Assembly: GCF_008065095.1 (NCBI RefSeq)
Contig: NZ_CP042911.1
Span: forward strand, 270,001-302,000
From: Gemmata obscuriglobus
GTDB lineage: Bacteria > Planctomycetota > Planctomycetia > Gemmatales > Gemmataceae
Reading direction: 5' to 3'
Length of the DNA: 32,000 nt
Part shown: piece by piece, positions 1-9,380 of the stretch
Layout of the letters: every line of letters begins with the position of its first letter
How positions within the stretch are numbered: position 1 is the stretch's first letter
Position numbers and translations under genes: made by a program
Notes under the pieces: generated by a model
What the model was told of the DNA's origin: nothing
Databases searched by the model: none
What the model saw: the letters and a program-made list of their open reading frames with translations, nothing else

Positions 1-1
1 C

Positions 2-2866
2 CCCTCGAAGCAGATAAAAAAGGGCTACGAAACGGTCACGGTCGTCACCACCGACGACCGCACGATCACCGGGCTGCTCGCGGGCGAAACGGCCGACGCG
101 CTGGCGCTCGTCGACCCTGCGGCGAACGGCCGCCGGGTCAGCGTTCCGAAAGCGGACGTGGCGAAGCGCACGACCGCCGCACAGTCGCTCATGCCCGACG
201 GGCTGGCGGACCTGCTGTCCGACCGGCAGCAGTTCCTCGACCTCGCCCGGTACCTCATCGAGGTTGCCGAGGGCGGGCCGGGGCGGGCGCGGGAGCTGCG
301 CCCGCCGGTGACGGCGCTCGTGATCCCCGGGTACGAAAAGGACCTCGACCACGCCGGCCTCGTTCGCGCCCTCGACGACAAGGCGCTCAAGCGCGGCGAG
401 GCGATCTACGCGCGGGTGTGCGCGAACTGCCACGGCACGAAAGACCAGCCCGGCTCGCTGCCCGCGTCGCCGCGGTTCGCCGCGCACGCGTTCAAGAACG
501 GGAGCGACCCCTACAGCCTGTACCAGACGCTCACCCGCGGGTACGGCCTGATGGCCCCGCAGACGTGGATGGTGCCGCGGCAGAAGTACGACGTGATCCA
601 CTACATCCGCGAAACGTACCTGAAGCCGCACAACCCCGGCCGGTACACGAAGGCCGACGGCGCCTACCTGGCCAAGCTGCCCGCGGGCAAGAAGGGCGAG
701 TTCGGCCCGGCCCCGGCGAACGTCGAGCCGTGGGCCGCGGCGGACTACGGCCCGAGCCTGATGAACACCTACGAGGTGGGCGGGCCGGGGCCGAACATCG
801 CGTACAAGGGCGTCGCGGTGCGCCTCGACGCGGGCGCCGGCGGCGTGTCCCGCGGGAAGCGGTGGGCGCTGTTCGACCACGACACGATGCGGTTCGCGGC
901 GGCGTGGACCGGTGACGGCTTCATCGACTGGAAGGGCATCCACTTCAACGGCCAGCACCAGATCCACCCGAAGCTCGCGGGCGACGTGGCGTTCGCGAAC
1001 CCGGTCGGGCCGGGCTGGGCCGACCCCGAAACCGGCGGCTTCAGCGACCCGCGACCGCTCGGCCGCGACAAGCGCCCCTACGGCCCGCTGCCGAAATCGT
1101 GGGCCGCGTTCAAAGGCGCCTACCAGTACGGCGACCGCACCGTTCTGTCGTACCGCGTCGGCCGGGCGGACGTGCTGGAACTGTTCGGCACGGAGAGCGA
1201 CCCGAAACAGCCGGGCGTCGCGGTCTTCACGCGCACGCTGGAGTTCGGCCCGACCGCGCACGACCTGCTCGCGCGGCTGGCGCCGGACGGCGTCGCGGTG
1301 GAACTGGTGGGCGAACCGGGCGCGGAACTCGCGCGGGCGGACGGCTTCGTGCTGCTGAAGGTGCCGGCCCGGCGCGAGCCGCGGCGGGTGAAGGTGCTGC
1401 TGGCGAAGGGCACGGCCGAAGCGCTCCAGGCATACGCGAAGACCTCGCCAGCCCCGGTCGCCCTCGCGCCGCTCACGGCGGGCGGGCCGCGGCGGTGGCC
1501 GGAGGTACTCAAGACGACCGTAACGGTTGGCAAAGACAGCGGCCCGTTCGCGGTGGACACGTTCGGGCTGCCGGAGCCCAACTCGTGGAACGCGCAACTG
1601 CGGCTCACCGGATTCGATTTCCTCCCGGGCGGCCAACAGATGGCGGTGTGCTCCTGGGACGGCGACGTGTGGCTGGTGAGCGGCCTCGGCGCCCCCGGCG
1701 GCGCGCTGGCGTGGCAGCGGATCGCGTCCGGGCTGTTCCAACCGCTCGGGCTGAAGGTGCGCGACGGGGCGATCTTCGTGTGCTGCCGCGACCAGATCGT
1801 GAAACTGCGCGACCTCAACGGCGACGGCGAAGCGGACTTCTACGAGTGCTTCAACAGCGACCACCAGGTGACGGAACACTTCCACGAGTTCGCGATGGGG
1901 CTCCAGACCGACGCGGACGGGAACTTCTACTACGCCAAGAGCGGCCGGCACGCGCTCCCGGCGCTGGTGCCGCACCACGGCACGCTGCTGAAGGTGGCGA
2001 AGGACGGCTCGACGACGGAGGTCCTGGCCACCGGGTTCCGGGCCGCGAACGGGGTGTGCCTGAACCCGGACGGTACGTTCTTCGTGACGGACCAGGAGGG
2101 GTTCTGGACGCCGAAGAACCGCATCAACCTCGTCACGCGGGGCGGGTTCTACGGGAACATGTGGGGCTACACCGACCAGACCGACACGAGCGACGCGGCG
2201 ATGAAGCAGCCGCTGTGCTGGGTCACCAACAGCTTCGACCGCTCGCCGGCGGAGCTGGTGTGGGTGACGAGCGACAATTGGGGGCCGCTCAAGGGCGCGC
2301 TGCTGAACACCTCATACGGGCACGGGAAGCTGTACGTGGTGCCGCACGAGGTGGTGAACGGTCAGGCGCAGGGCGGGATGTGCGCGCTGCCGCTGCCGAC
2401 GTTCCCCACCGGGATCATGCGCCCGCGGTTCGGGCCGGTCGACGGGCAGTTGTACGTGTGCGGCATGTTCGCGTGGGCCGGGAACCAGACCGCCGCGGGC
2501 GGGTTCTACCGGGTGCGGTACACGGGTCAGCCCGTCGACCTGCCGGTGGGCCTGAAGGCGCGGGCGGGGGGCGTGGAGGTGACGTTCACCGACCCGCTGG
2601 ACGCGACCGACGCGGCCGACCCGAAGAACTACGCGGTGAAGGTGTGGGGGCTGAAGCGGAGCCAGAACTACGGGTCGAAGCACATCGACGAGCGTCCGCT
2701 CGCGGTCCAGAAAGCGACCGTTTCGGCCGACGGCAAGACGGTGCGTCTGGACCTCCCGGACCTCGCACCGACTTGGGGTATGGAGATCACTTACCGTGTG
2801 AAGGGCAAGGGCGGCCGCACCGTGACGGGCACGATCCACAACACGGTTCACGAACTGCCGAAGTGA
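2..2866 (+). CDS. c-type cytochrome / beta-propeller dehydrogenase-like multidomain protein (5' partial, N-terminus upstream of window)
   Basis: The frame is open from base 2 with no upstream in-frame stop, and ends at the stop at 2864-2866. The first residues (KGYETVTVVTTDDRTITGLLAGE...SLMPDGLADLL) resemble the C-terminal module of planctomycete heme-binding proteins. A CxxCH heme motif (CANCHG) is present. The distal part has propeller-like segments (DGNFYYAKSG, NPDGTFFVTDQEGFW). Confidence 0.8.
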   Translation, partial: PSKQIKKGYETVTVVTTDDRTITGLLAGETADALALVDPAANGRRVSVPKADVAKRTTAAQSLMPDGLADLLSDRQQFLDLARYLIEVAEGGPGRARELRPPVTALVIPGYEKDLDHAGLVRALDDKALKRGEAIYARVCANCHGTKDQPGSLPASPRFAAHAFKNGSDPYSLYQTLTRGYGLMAPQTWMVPRQKYDVIHYIRETYLKPHNPGRYTKADGAYLAKLPAGKKGEFGPAPANVEPWAAADYGPSLMNTYEVGGPGPNIAYKGVAVRLDAGAGGVSRGKRWALFDHDTMRFAAAWTGDGFIDWKGIHFNGQHQIHPKLAGDVAFANPVGPGWADPETGGFSDPRPLGRDKRPYGPLPKSWAAFKGAYQYGDRTVLSYRVGRADVLELFGTESDPKQPGVAVFTRTLEFGPTAHDLLARLAPDGVAVELVGEPGAELARADGFVLLKVPARREPRRVKVLLAKGTAEALQAYAKTSPAPVALAPLTAGGPRRWPEVLKTTVTVGKDSGPFAVDTFGLPEPNSWNAQLRLTGFDFLPGGQQMAVCSWDGDVWLVSGLGAPGGALAWQRIASGLFQPLGLKVRDGAIFVCCRDQIVKLRDLNGDGEADFYECFNSDHQVTEHFHEFAMGLQTDADGNFYYAKSGRHALPALVPHHGTLLKVAKDGSTTEVLATGFRAANGVCLNPDGTFFVTDQEGFWTPKNRINLVTRGGFYGNMWGYTDQTDTSDAAMKQPLCWVTNSFDRSPAELVWVTSDNWGPLKGALLNTSYGHGKLYVVPHEVVNGQAQGGMCALPLPTFPTGIMRPRFGPVDGQLYVCGMFAWAGNQTAAGGFYRVRYTGQPVDLPVGLKARAGGVEVTFTDPLDATDAADPKNYAVKVWGLKRSQNYGSKHIDERPLAVQKATVSADGKTVRLDLPDLAPTWGMEITYRVKGKGGRTVTGTIHNTVHELPK

Positions 2867-2976
2867 CGGCAATCGTGGCGCACCGGGCCGCGTCTCTCCC
2901 GTTACGAGAGCCGGACAAACCGGGTACTGGCGGGCGCGGAGCCGGCACCGCGTCCGCAGGGCACCTGGCCGAACCG

Positions 2977-3140
2977 GATATCGGGGATATAGGCATTTAT
3001 GTCGTTGATGAAATAATATCAAGATCCATTGCGGTGGAATTATTAATACCTACGGATTGTGTGTTTTGCACGATTATGAAATCTTATTATTGCGCATGCT
3101 ATGAAGGCGGATTTGTGCGATAACTGTCGTGGCAATATGC
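2977..3140. other. AT-rich island (~160 bp) in otherwise GC-rich DNA
   Basis: Runs such as tttatgtcgttgatgaaataatatcaagatcc and attatgaaatcttattattgcg contrast sharply with the flanks. No credible ORF on either strand. Confidence 0.6.
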
Positions 3141-3243
3141 GTTCTGTCCGGCGCGCGCGTTGCGAGCCGGCGAAATGGTCCCGTGTTGGCGTGCGGAGCC
3201 TCGCACACTAAATACTGGTTCGGCACCGGAGGACGCTCGATTG

Positions 3244-3525
3244 ATGACGCCGCTGGCCCCTGAGCCGATCCTGCGGGCCGCCCTGTACGTGGTCCACGTT
3301 GCCGCGTATACGACCCGCAACTGGACGTACGCTGACGGGTGGCCGCGGCAGCAGGTGTACGACCTGTGGGAGGCTCTGCACGAGGTGCCGGACTTGATCA
3401 CCCGCTGGCGTCCCGACGCTGAGCGGGAGTTGCTCATGTACTTCGACGAGTACGACCGCAAGTGGCCCGCGCCACGGCTGCGGGAGATGTACCAGCAGCA
3501 CCAGGAGCACGGCGGTCCGGCTTGA
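3244..3525 (+). CDS. hypothetical small protein (93 aa), family not recognised
   Basis: ORF 3160-3525. I prefer the ATG at 3244, which follows GGAGGA (3228-3233). The composition is protein-like (W/Y/E/D-rich, not Arg/Pro/Gly shadow-like). Alternative starts are at 3160 (TTG) and 3175. Confidence 0.5.
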   Translation: MTPLAPEPILRAALYVVHVAAYTTRNWTYADGWPRQQVYDLWEALHEVPDLITRWRPDAERELLMYFDEYDRKWPAPRLREMYQQHQEHGGPA

Positions 3526-3648
3526 CTGATGGGCCGCAGAAGCCGAACCCGGCGCGGCACCTGACACCGCCGGCTAAAATGTGACGCACCGCTCATCCGG
3601 TGAGGGCGGTGCAGGTGCGCTCATCGTTCGGCCGCCCGAGGGCTTCGG

Positions 3649-4188
3649 ATGGCGGAATCTCTCGTCGCGCGATTCCGTGAGCGCATCCGGCGAGAGCCGA
3701 CCGTTGATTACACCTGGCAGGAGCCGCCGATCCGCCCCCGCCCGCCGCTCACCCCCGAGGCGCTGGCGGCAGCCGAGGGGCGACTCGGGTTTCCGCTCCC
3801 GCCGCTACTCCAAGCGCTGTACACGCAGGTCGGCGACGGTGGGTACGGCCCCGGCCGTGGGTTGGAGGTGCTGGCCGAAGGGGAGTGGTCGTTAGTCGCT
3901 CACGTCGAGGCGATCCGCCGGCCCGAGTGGCCGCGGCGGTTCATCCCACTCATCTCGTGGGGGGGCCTGTATCGGTCGTGGGTCGATTGCTCCGCCCCAC
4001 CATACCCGGTGTGGTTCGACGACCCCGACTACGGCGTCGAGGGCGCGCCGGAGTCGGACTACTTCTACCCCCAAGCTGAATCTCTTGAGGGGTGGCTGTC
4101 GGAGTGGCTCGACGGGGCCGACCTGTGGTTGGCTGGCAAACGGCATAAGTCGGCCGAACCCGGCACCGCGCCAGACACCGCTCGCTGA
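3649..4188 (+). CDS. SMI1/KNR4 (SUKH-1) family protein, immunity-protein-like
   Basis: LTPEALAAAEGRLGFPLPPLLQALYTQVGDGGYGPG is the characteristic SMI1_KNR4 N-terminal motif. ATG is preceded by GAGGG. Confidence 0.8.
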   Translation: MAESLVARFRERIRREPTVDYTWQEPPIRPRPPLTPEALAAAEGRLGFPLPPLLQALYTQVGDGGYGPGRGLEVLAEGEWSLVAHVEAIRRPEWPRRFIPLISWGGLYRSWVDCSAPPYPVWFDDPDYGVEGAPESDYFYPQAESLEGWLSEWLDGADLWLAGKRHKSAEPGTAPDTAR

Positions 4189-4656
4189 TCGGGGACGCAT
4201 CGCTGCTCGGGACGTGGCGGTGCAGGTACTCATCGACCGGTACCGGTCGGCGGGCGACGATCACAAGCGGAACCCACCGCACCCCGGCCCACATCGTGTG
4301 CGCGCGGCTCCTGCTGATCCGGTTCCCGGATCGCACGGCCGGGATCGCCGGAGATGCGGGGGCGCGGAACGCACGACGTGGCCCGGTTCTGGGAGCGGCC
4401 CGGCAAGGCGAGGCGGTTACCACGTTCTCCGATGCATGGGTCGCGGTACAGCGGTGGCTCTGGGACGAAACGCTGCGGGTCGTCTCGGCGCCGGTGAGCT
4501 TAACTCACTCGTTAATGGTGAGCGTTTTCGCGTCGTGGGTCGGCGTGCGGGGCTTGTTTGGCATGCCCCCGATTGTGTCGCGGCCCGTCCCACGCGCGAA
4601 GCTCGGAAGGCCCGGGGAGTCACAGACTCCAGCGGCCCGTTCTGGGATCTGTGCCC

Positions 4657-4692
4657 GGAAAACGAAGAAAGCCCTGGTTTCCCAGGGCTTTC
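4657..4692 (-). terminator. rho-independent terminator of tRNA-Ala
   Basis: On the minus strand: GAAAGCCCTGG-gaaa-CCAGGGCTTTC followed by TTCGTTTTCC. It lies immediately 3' of the tRNA. Confidence 0.65.
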
Positions 4693-4698
4693 GCGAGG

Positions 4699-4771
<73 letters not shown>

Positions 4772-4783
4772 TCGGCTGAAATT

Positions 4784-4812
4784 AAAGTAGTGGTGGAATA
4801 GGCCGGTGTCAA
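4784..4812 (-). promoter_or_regulatory. sigma70-type promoter for tRNA-Ala
   Basis: Minus strand: TTGACA (4812-4807), 17-nt spacer, TACTTT (4789-4784). The -10 element ends 12 nt upstream of the mature 5' end of the tRNA. Confidence 0.5.
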
Positions 4813-4897
4813 CCCTCACCGTCGCGAGTCGTTGAACTAGACGCGAACACCTCCCAACCGCACAATCATCCCAGTTCCCGACGCGGTCCGGAGGCGA

Positions 4898-6028
4898 GTG
4901 GTGAAGAAGCACGCGGCGAAGTGGGTCGTTCCGTTCCTGAAATACGGCGTCGGGTTCGCCCTGCTCGCGTATGTCATTTCGCGGTACTGGGAGCCGAAGA
5001 CGACCGTGAAGGTCGATCCCACGACCGGGGCGGAAACCGTCCTCGTCACGCCGGGCATCGGGGAACTGATCCAGGGCACCATCGCGTTCGAGTGGCTGGC
5101 CGGTGCCGCCCTCCTCATGGTCGGGGCCGCGGCGCTGCAAATCTACCGCTGGTACCTGCTGGTCCGCGCGCTCGACCTGCCCTTCAGCGTGCGGAACGCC
5201 TACCGGCTCAGCCTCGTGGGCATCTTCTACAACACGTTCATCCCCGGCTCGGTCGGCGGCGATCTCGTGAAGGCGTACTTCATCGCGCACGCCCACCCGG
5301 AGCGCAAGTCGCGGGCCGTGGCGTCGGTCATCGCGGACCGCGCGCTCGGGCTGTTCGGGCTCATCCTGTTCGTCGCCGTGCTGGGCTCCGTCGCCTGGGC
5401 GACCGGTGACCCGCGCATCTCCCAGAACCCCGACCTCCAGAAGATCGTGAAGCTCATGGCCGCGATCGCGTCCGGGAGCGTGCTCGGGTTCCTGCTTCTG
5501 GGCTTATTGCCGCCCAGCCGCGTGGACCGGTTCGCCGGGCGCCTGAAGTGGGTTCCGAAACTCGGGACCGCGCTGGCGGAGATGTGGTACGCGGTGTGGG
5601 AGTACCGGAAGCGGTTGAAGGTGGTGGCGGTCGGGGTGCTGCTGTCGGCGGTGTCGCACTTCGGGCTGGTGTTCGCCTTCCACTGCGCGTCCCGGGTGTT
5701 CCCGCCGGCGGACCCGGCCGCGGAACTGGCCAGCGCGTCCGAGCACATGGTCATCGCGCCGATCGGGTTCATCGCGCAGGCGATCCCGATCACCCCGGGC
5801 GGGGTGGGCGTGGCCGAGGGCGTGTTCGCGTGGCTCTACAAGCTGTCCGACCGCCCCGAGACGCGGGGCATCATCGCCCGGCTCTCGCTCCGGCTCGTGG
5901 AATGGCTCATCGCGCTCACCGGCTACCTCGTGTTCCTGCGGATGCGGGCCGAGGTGCGCGAGATCCAGCACGACATTGAGGTCGAAGGGGAGTCCGGCGG
6001 GGCCGAAGCCGCGAACCCCAAGTCCTGA
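4898..6028 (+). CDS. lysylphosphatidylglycerol-synthase-TM-region / flippase-like (UPF0104) membrane protein
   Basis: Multi-pass hydrophobic protein with the family motif IYRWYLLVRAL...GIFYNTFIPGSVGGDLVKAYFI. GTG start. Confidence 0.8.
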   Translation: MVKKHAAKWVVPFLKYGVGFALLAYVISRYWEPKTTVKVDPTTGAETVLVTPGIGELIQGTIAFEWLAGAALLMVGAAALQIYRWYLLVRALDLPFSVRNAYRLSLVGIFYNTFIPGSVGGDLVKAYFIAHAHPERKSRAVASVIADRALGLFGLILFVAVLGSVAWATGDPRISQNPDLQKIVKLMAAIASGSVLGFLLLGLLPPSRVDRFAGRLKWVPKLGTALAEMWYAVWEYRKRLKVVAVGVLLSAVSHFGLVFAFHCASRVFPPADPAAELASASEHMVIAPIGFIAQAIPITPGGVGVAEGVFAWLYKLSDRPETRGIIARLSLRLVEWLIALTGYLVFLRMRAEVREIQHDIEVEGESGGAEAANPKS

Positions 6029-6032
6029 AACC

Positions 6033-6091
6033 GAATCCAGTTGTTTCAAGTTCGCGCGGCCCTGGTAATCGGCCGTGAGATCGGAATACGG
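6033..6091. repeat. solo end (half copy) of the GAATCCAGT-AGTTTCAAGTTCG repeat family
   Basis: gaatccagttgtttcaagttcgcgcggccctggtaatcggccgtgagatcgg aligns by eye with the reverse complement of 7160-7219. It fills the gap between the convergent genes ending at 6028 and 6094. Confidence 0.6.
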
Positions 6092-6093
6092 CC

Positions 6094-6822
6094 TCACCCC
6101 GCGCCGTTGGTCCCGTTCCGGAGCCAGCGGGCGGGCAGGCCGCCGGTGCGGAACACGTCCGTCAGCATCTGGCGGGCGGTGTCGTCGCGCACCGTCGCCT
6201 CCATCGCGGCGACCGTCTCTTCGACCGGGTACTCGACGCGCTTCAGTTGCACCTCGTCGCCGTCGATCACCGCGTACGACGCCAGCGGGTTGCCGTCGCG
6301 CCCGATCCCGACGCTGCCGGGGTTCACGACCAGCGTCGCGCCCACCCGAAGGGTGTACGGGATGTGGGTGTGGCCCGCGAGCAGGTAATCGACCTTCAGC
6401 CCCGCGAGCCGGGGCTTCCAGAACGCCGCGTCGGGCGGCGCGTACTCGTCCATCGGGTCGCGCGGGGTCGCGTGGACCATCAGGAACCGCTTGCCGTTTA
6501 ATGTGAACATCCGCGACGTGGGCAGCTCGGCCAGGTACCGCCGCTGCACGGGCGAGAGGGCCGCGACCGAGAGCGGGCGGGTGACGGCGGTGAGGAACCG
6601 GAACCCGCCGGCGCCCTGGATCTCCACGTTCTGCGCCGCCCCGTGGTCGTGGTTCCCGCGGACGCAGTGGGCGGCGTGGCGGCGCACCCAGTCCACGCAC
6701 CACGCCGGTTCGGGGCCGTAATCGACCAAATCGCCGACGCACAGGCACAGGTCGAACGGCTCGCGAACGGCTTCCAGCGCGGCCCGGTTCCCGTGAATGT
6801 CCGCGATCACCAGCACGCGCAT
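6094..6822 (-). CDS. metallophosphoesterase family protein (YfcE/MJ0936-like)
   Basis: MRVLVIADIHGN...CVGDLVDYGP...VRGNHD...GHTH motifs. GGGAGG Shine-Dalgarno upstream. Confidence 0.85.
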   Translation of the reverse strand: MRVLVIADIHGNRAALEAVREPFDLCLCVGDLVDYGPEPAWCVDWVRRHAAHCVRGNHDHGAAQNVEIQGAGGFRFLTAVTRPLSVAALSPVQRRYLAELPTSRMFTLNGKRFLMVHATPRDPMDEYAPPDAAFWKPRLAGLKVDYLLAGHTHIPYTLRVGATLVVNPGSVGIGRDGNPLASYAVIDGDEVQLKRVEYPVEETVAAMEATVRDDTARQMLTDVFRTGGLPARWLRNGTNGAG

Positions 6823-7051
6823 GCGATCGGCCTCCCTGTCGCGAATTCTAGGGCACGAATCCGGAGCGGGAAGCGAAGGGCGGAACAGCCGCGAAGCCGG
6901 AAGTCAAAAGTCGGATCGGTTGCAAAATCGCAAAAGAACAGAAGCAAAAACAAGAAAGAACGCGGTGCGTGACCCGGCGGCCCCGGTCGCAACGCAATCA
7001 CATCGGGCTCGGGCTGCGCGCGTGCGGCCCGAGTGGCGACGGTTCCGGACG

Positions 7052-7219
7052 GAATCCAGTAGTTTCAAGTTCGTCAAGTGTGTGCGCCACCCGCCCGCCG
7101 ACGCCGGCGGTTCGACCGTGGCTTGTCGAACCGCTGCGTCAGCAGGCGGGTGTAACCTCGACGTGTTCCGATCGGACGGCCGATTGCCAAAGCCGCGCGA
7201 ACTTGAAACTACTGGAATC
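7052..7219. mobile_element. 168-bp MITE-like element with 22-bp terminal inverted repeats and an internal long hairpin
   Basis: Left end is GAATCCAGTAGTTTCAAGTTCG (7052-7073). Right end is CGAACTTGAAACTACTGGAATC (7198-7219), 21/22 complementary. The internal arms 7088-7116 and 7125-7152 pair imperfectly. No ORF. Confidence 0.6.
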
Positions 7220-7328
7220 AATCTGGTGCCCCGTGGGATAACCGGCGGGCCGCTGCCGTTCGCCGGTCCGGGAGTGTGGACGCGAGGGGGCGGCTGAACT
7301 GCGGCCCGGCGCCCCGCCATCAGAACCA

Positions 7329-8741
7329 CTACGCCAGGAGCTTTTCGACCACCACGCCGTGCACGTCGGTGAGCCGGAAGTCGCGCCCCTGGAGCCGGTA
7401 CGTCAGCTTCTCGTGGTCGAGCCCCAGCAGGTGCAGGAGCGTCGCGTTCAGGTCGTGAACGTGGACGCGGTCGTCGGTCGCGTTGAACCCGAGGTCGTCG
7501 GACGCGCCGAGCACCAACCCGGGCTTCACCCCGCCGCCCGCGAGCCACACCGAGTAGCAGTTCGGGTGGTGGTCGCGCCCGTCGTTGCCGCCCTGAACCA
7601 TCGGGGTGCGCCCGAACTCGCCGCCCCAAACCACCAGCGTGTCTTTCAAGAGCCCGCGCTGCTTCAGGTCCTTAATGAGCGCCGCGCACGCCTTATCGGT
7701 TTTGCCGCATTCCGCTTTCAGACCGTTGGTGAGGCCGCCGTGGTGGTCCCACGCCTCGTGGAACAGTTGCACGAAGCGAACCCCGCGCTCGACGAGCCGG
7801 CGCGCGAGCAGGCAGTTGTTGGCGAAGCTCGGCTTTCCGGGCTCGGCGCCGTACATCGCGAGCGTCTCCTTCGTCTCCTTGCTCAGGTCCATGAGTTCGG
7901 GCGCGCTCGACTGCATCCGGCCCGCCATCTCGTAGGCCGAGATGCGCGCGGCGATCTCGGGATCGCCCACCACGTCCAGGCGCCGCTTGTTGAGCGCGTT
8001 GAGGGCGTCGAGCGAGTCCCGCTGGAGCCCCGGGTCGATGCCGGCGGGGTTGCCGAGGAACAGCACGGGGTCGCCGGCGGAGCGGAACAGCGTGCCCGCG
8101 TGGCTGGACGGCAGGAACCCGCTGCCCCAGCACGAGTTCCCGCCGCTCGGCCCCTTGCTGCCGCTCGAAAACACGACGAACCCGGGCAGGTCCTTCGACT
8201 CGCTCCCGAGGCCGTAGCTGACCCACGCGCCGGCGCTCGGGCGGCCGAACTGCTGGTGCCCGGTCAGGGCCAGGATCTGCGCCGGGGCGTGGTTGAACGC
8301 GTCCGTGTGCATCGACTTCACGACGGCGATGTCGTCCACAACGGCGCCGAGGTGCGGGAGCAGTTCGCCGAGTTCGGTGCCGCTCTGACCGAACTTCTTG
8401 AACTTGAACTTCGGGCCGAGCAGCTTGGAGTTGGGGTTGATGAACGCGGCCCGGTAGTTCTTGAGCAGCTCCGGGGGCGGGAGGGTGCCGTCGAACTTCG
8501 CGAGCTGCGGCTTGTTGTCGAACAGCTCCAAGTGGCTGGGCGCGCCGCCCATGAACAGGTAAATGACGCGCTTCGCCTTCGGCTCGTGGTGCGTCTTGAG
8601 CGCGCGGGGGGCATCGGCCCCCCGCGCCTCGTGGCGCGCGAGGTCCGCGAGCGCCATCGCGCCCAACCCGACGCCGCACTCGCGCAGGAACCACCGGCGG
8701 TTGAGAAGTTGCTGTCGTTCGGCGGGAGAGAAGGGGAGCAT
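7329..8741 (-). CDS. DUF1501 domain-containing (sulfatase-like) protein with Tat-type signal
   Basis: [18 protein letters not shown] twin-arginine leader plus DUF1501-typical blocks ([25 protein letters not shown]). I prefer the ATG at 8741, which follows GGAGAC. The listed longer start at 8792 would overlap the upstream toxin gene by 50 nt. Confidence 0.9.
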   Translation of the reverse strand: MLPFSPAERQQLLNRRWFLRECGVGLGAMALADLARHEARGADAPRALKTHHEPKAKRVIYLFMGGAPSHLELFDNKPQLAKFDGTLPPPELLKNYRAAFINPNSKLLGPKFKFKKFGQSGTELGELLPHLGAVVDDIAVVKSMHTDAFNHAPAQILALTGHQQFGRPSAGAWVSYGLGSESKDLPGFVVFSSGSKGPSGGNSCWGSGFLPSSHAGTLFRSAGDPVLFLGNPAGIDPGLQRDSLDALNALNKRRLDVVGDPEIAARISAYEMAGRMQSSAPELMDLSKETKETLAMYGAEPGKPSFANNCLLARRLVERGVRFVQLFHEAWDHHGGLTNGLKAECGKTDKACAALIKDLKQRGLLKDTLVVWGGEFGRTPMVQGGNDGRDHHPNCYSVWLAGGGVKPGLVLGASDDLGFNATDDRVHVHDLNATLLHLLGLDHEKLTYRLQGRDFRLTDVHGVVVEKLLA

Positions 8742-8742
8742 C

Positions 8743-9075
8743 TCAGGTCGTCTCCGATGGCGGATCGGCCGGCAAGTTGCGGTGCCACGCACCGGGCCGG
8801 CGCGACGAGTGAATCACCGCGACCACGAGCACGTCTTCGCCGCGCACTTGGTAAATGACGCGCCGCTGGAACCGCTCGATAAAATACTCTCGGAACTCTC
8901 GGCCGGTCGGAGCGTCTTCTGCGGGCGGGAACTGTCGCGGTGCGTCGCTGATGGCGCGAATCGCGCTACGCACCGCTTCGTTAAACGCGGTGCCGTACCG
9001 GCCCGGTTGCTGGTCGTACCACAGCGCGATTGCCATCGTATCCGCCTGGGCCGCGGGCGAGACAACGGCGCTCAT
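8743..9075 (-). CDS. type II toxin, RelE/ParE family
   Basis: The C-terminal [33 protein letters not shown] is a typical ParE/RelE motif. Its ATG overlaps the antitoxin stop (ATGA). Confidence 0.8.
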   Translation of the reverse strand: MSAVVSPAAQADTMAIALWYDQQPGRYGTAFNEAVRSAIRAISDAPRQFPPAEDAPTGREFREYFIERFQRRVIYQVRGEDVLVVAVIHSSRRPGAWHRNLPADPPSETT

Positions 9076-9341
9076 GTGTTTCTCGCCTCGTCCAGTGCTT
9101 TGCGCACATTGGCGAACATTTCCTCGGGCGTAATGGGTTTGACTCGCCCGCTCTCGATGTCCTCGATGCGGCGCAAAAGCTCCGCCCGCAGTGCGTCTTC
9201 CGACTCGTACACGCCCGGCGGCGGGGCGACGCTGTCCATCAGCCGCCGCGCAATCACCTCGCGCTCGGGCGCGGAGAGCTTCAGCGCCCGGTCGAGTACG
9301 TCGCGTGCCTCGGGGGTGGCCGGTGTCGCAGTCGTGTTCAT
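9072..9341 (-). CDS. addiction-module antitoxin (putative addiction module component family)
   Basis: 89 aa: LKLSAPEREVIARRLMDSV...ELLRRIEDIESGRVKPITPEEMF. GGAGGA lies 6 nt upstream of the ATG at 9341. There is a 4-nt overlap with the toxin start. Confidence 0.8.
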   Translation of the reverse strand: MNTTATPATPEARDVLDRALKLSAPEREVIARRLMDSVAPPPGVYESEDALRAELLRRIEDIESGRVKPITPEEMFANVRKALDEARNT

Positions 9342-9371
9342 GACGTTTCCTCCGTGCCAGCGCTCGCGCCG

Positions 9372-9380
9372 ATTGTACCA
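9372..9380 (-). promoter_or_regulatory. extended -10 promoter candidate for the toxin-antitoxin operon
   Basis: The minus strand reads TGgTACAAT, ending about 30 nt upstream of the antitoxin ATG. The -35 element is weak. Confidence 0.35.

Noticed and set aside
1099-3123. 674-aa plus-strand ORF overlapping the cytochrome gene in another frame and running into the AT-rich island
   Set aside because: Shadow frame (RGRP-rich). The real frame carries CxxCH and the propeller motifs.
2867-4698. Search for a direct repeat of the tRNA-Ala 3' end (att site) bounding the putative islet
   Set aside because: I found no match to ggtggaggtgaggagagttgaactcc or sub-strings of 12 nt or more in 2867-4660 by eye. 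The integration hypothesis is therefore kept only as a low-confidence inference.
8742-8792. Upstream ATG at 8792 as the DUF1501 start ([17 protein letters not shown]...)
   Set aside because: It would overlap the toxin gene by 50 nt and adds an Arg-rich extension before the Tat leader. The ATG at 8741 has a GGAGAC Shine-Dalgarno at 8-nt spacing.
5504-8858. Long antisense or out-of-frame ORFs 5504-6748(-), 7359-8858(+) and 7693-8694(-). The same type occurs elsewhere: 15874-17157(-), 22229-23314(-), 24787-26148(-), 27695-28906(-), 30079-31707(+)
   Set aside because: All overlap confidently assigned genes. All have Arg/Pro/Gly/His-rich low-complexity translations without motifs.
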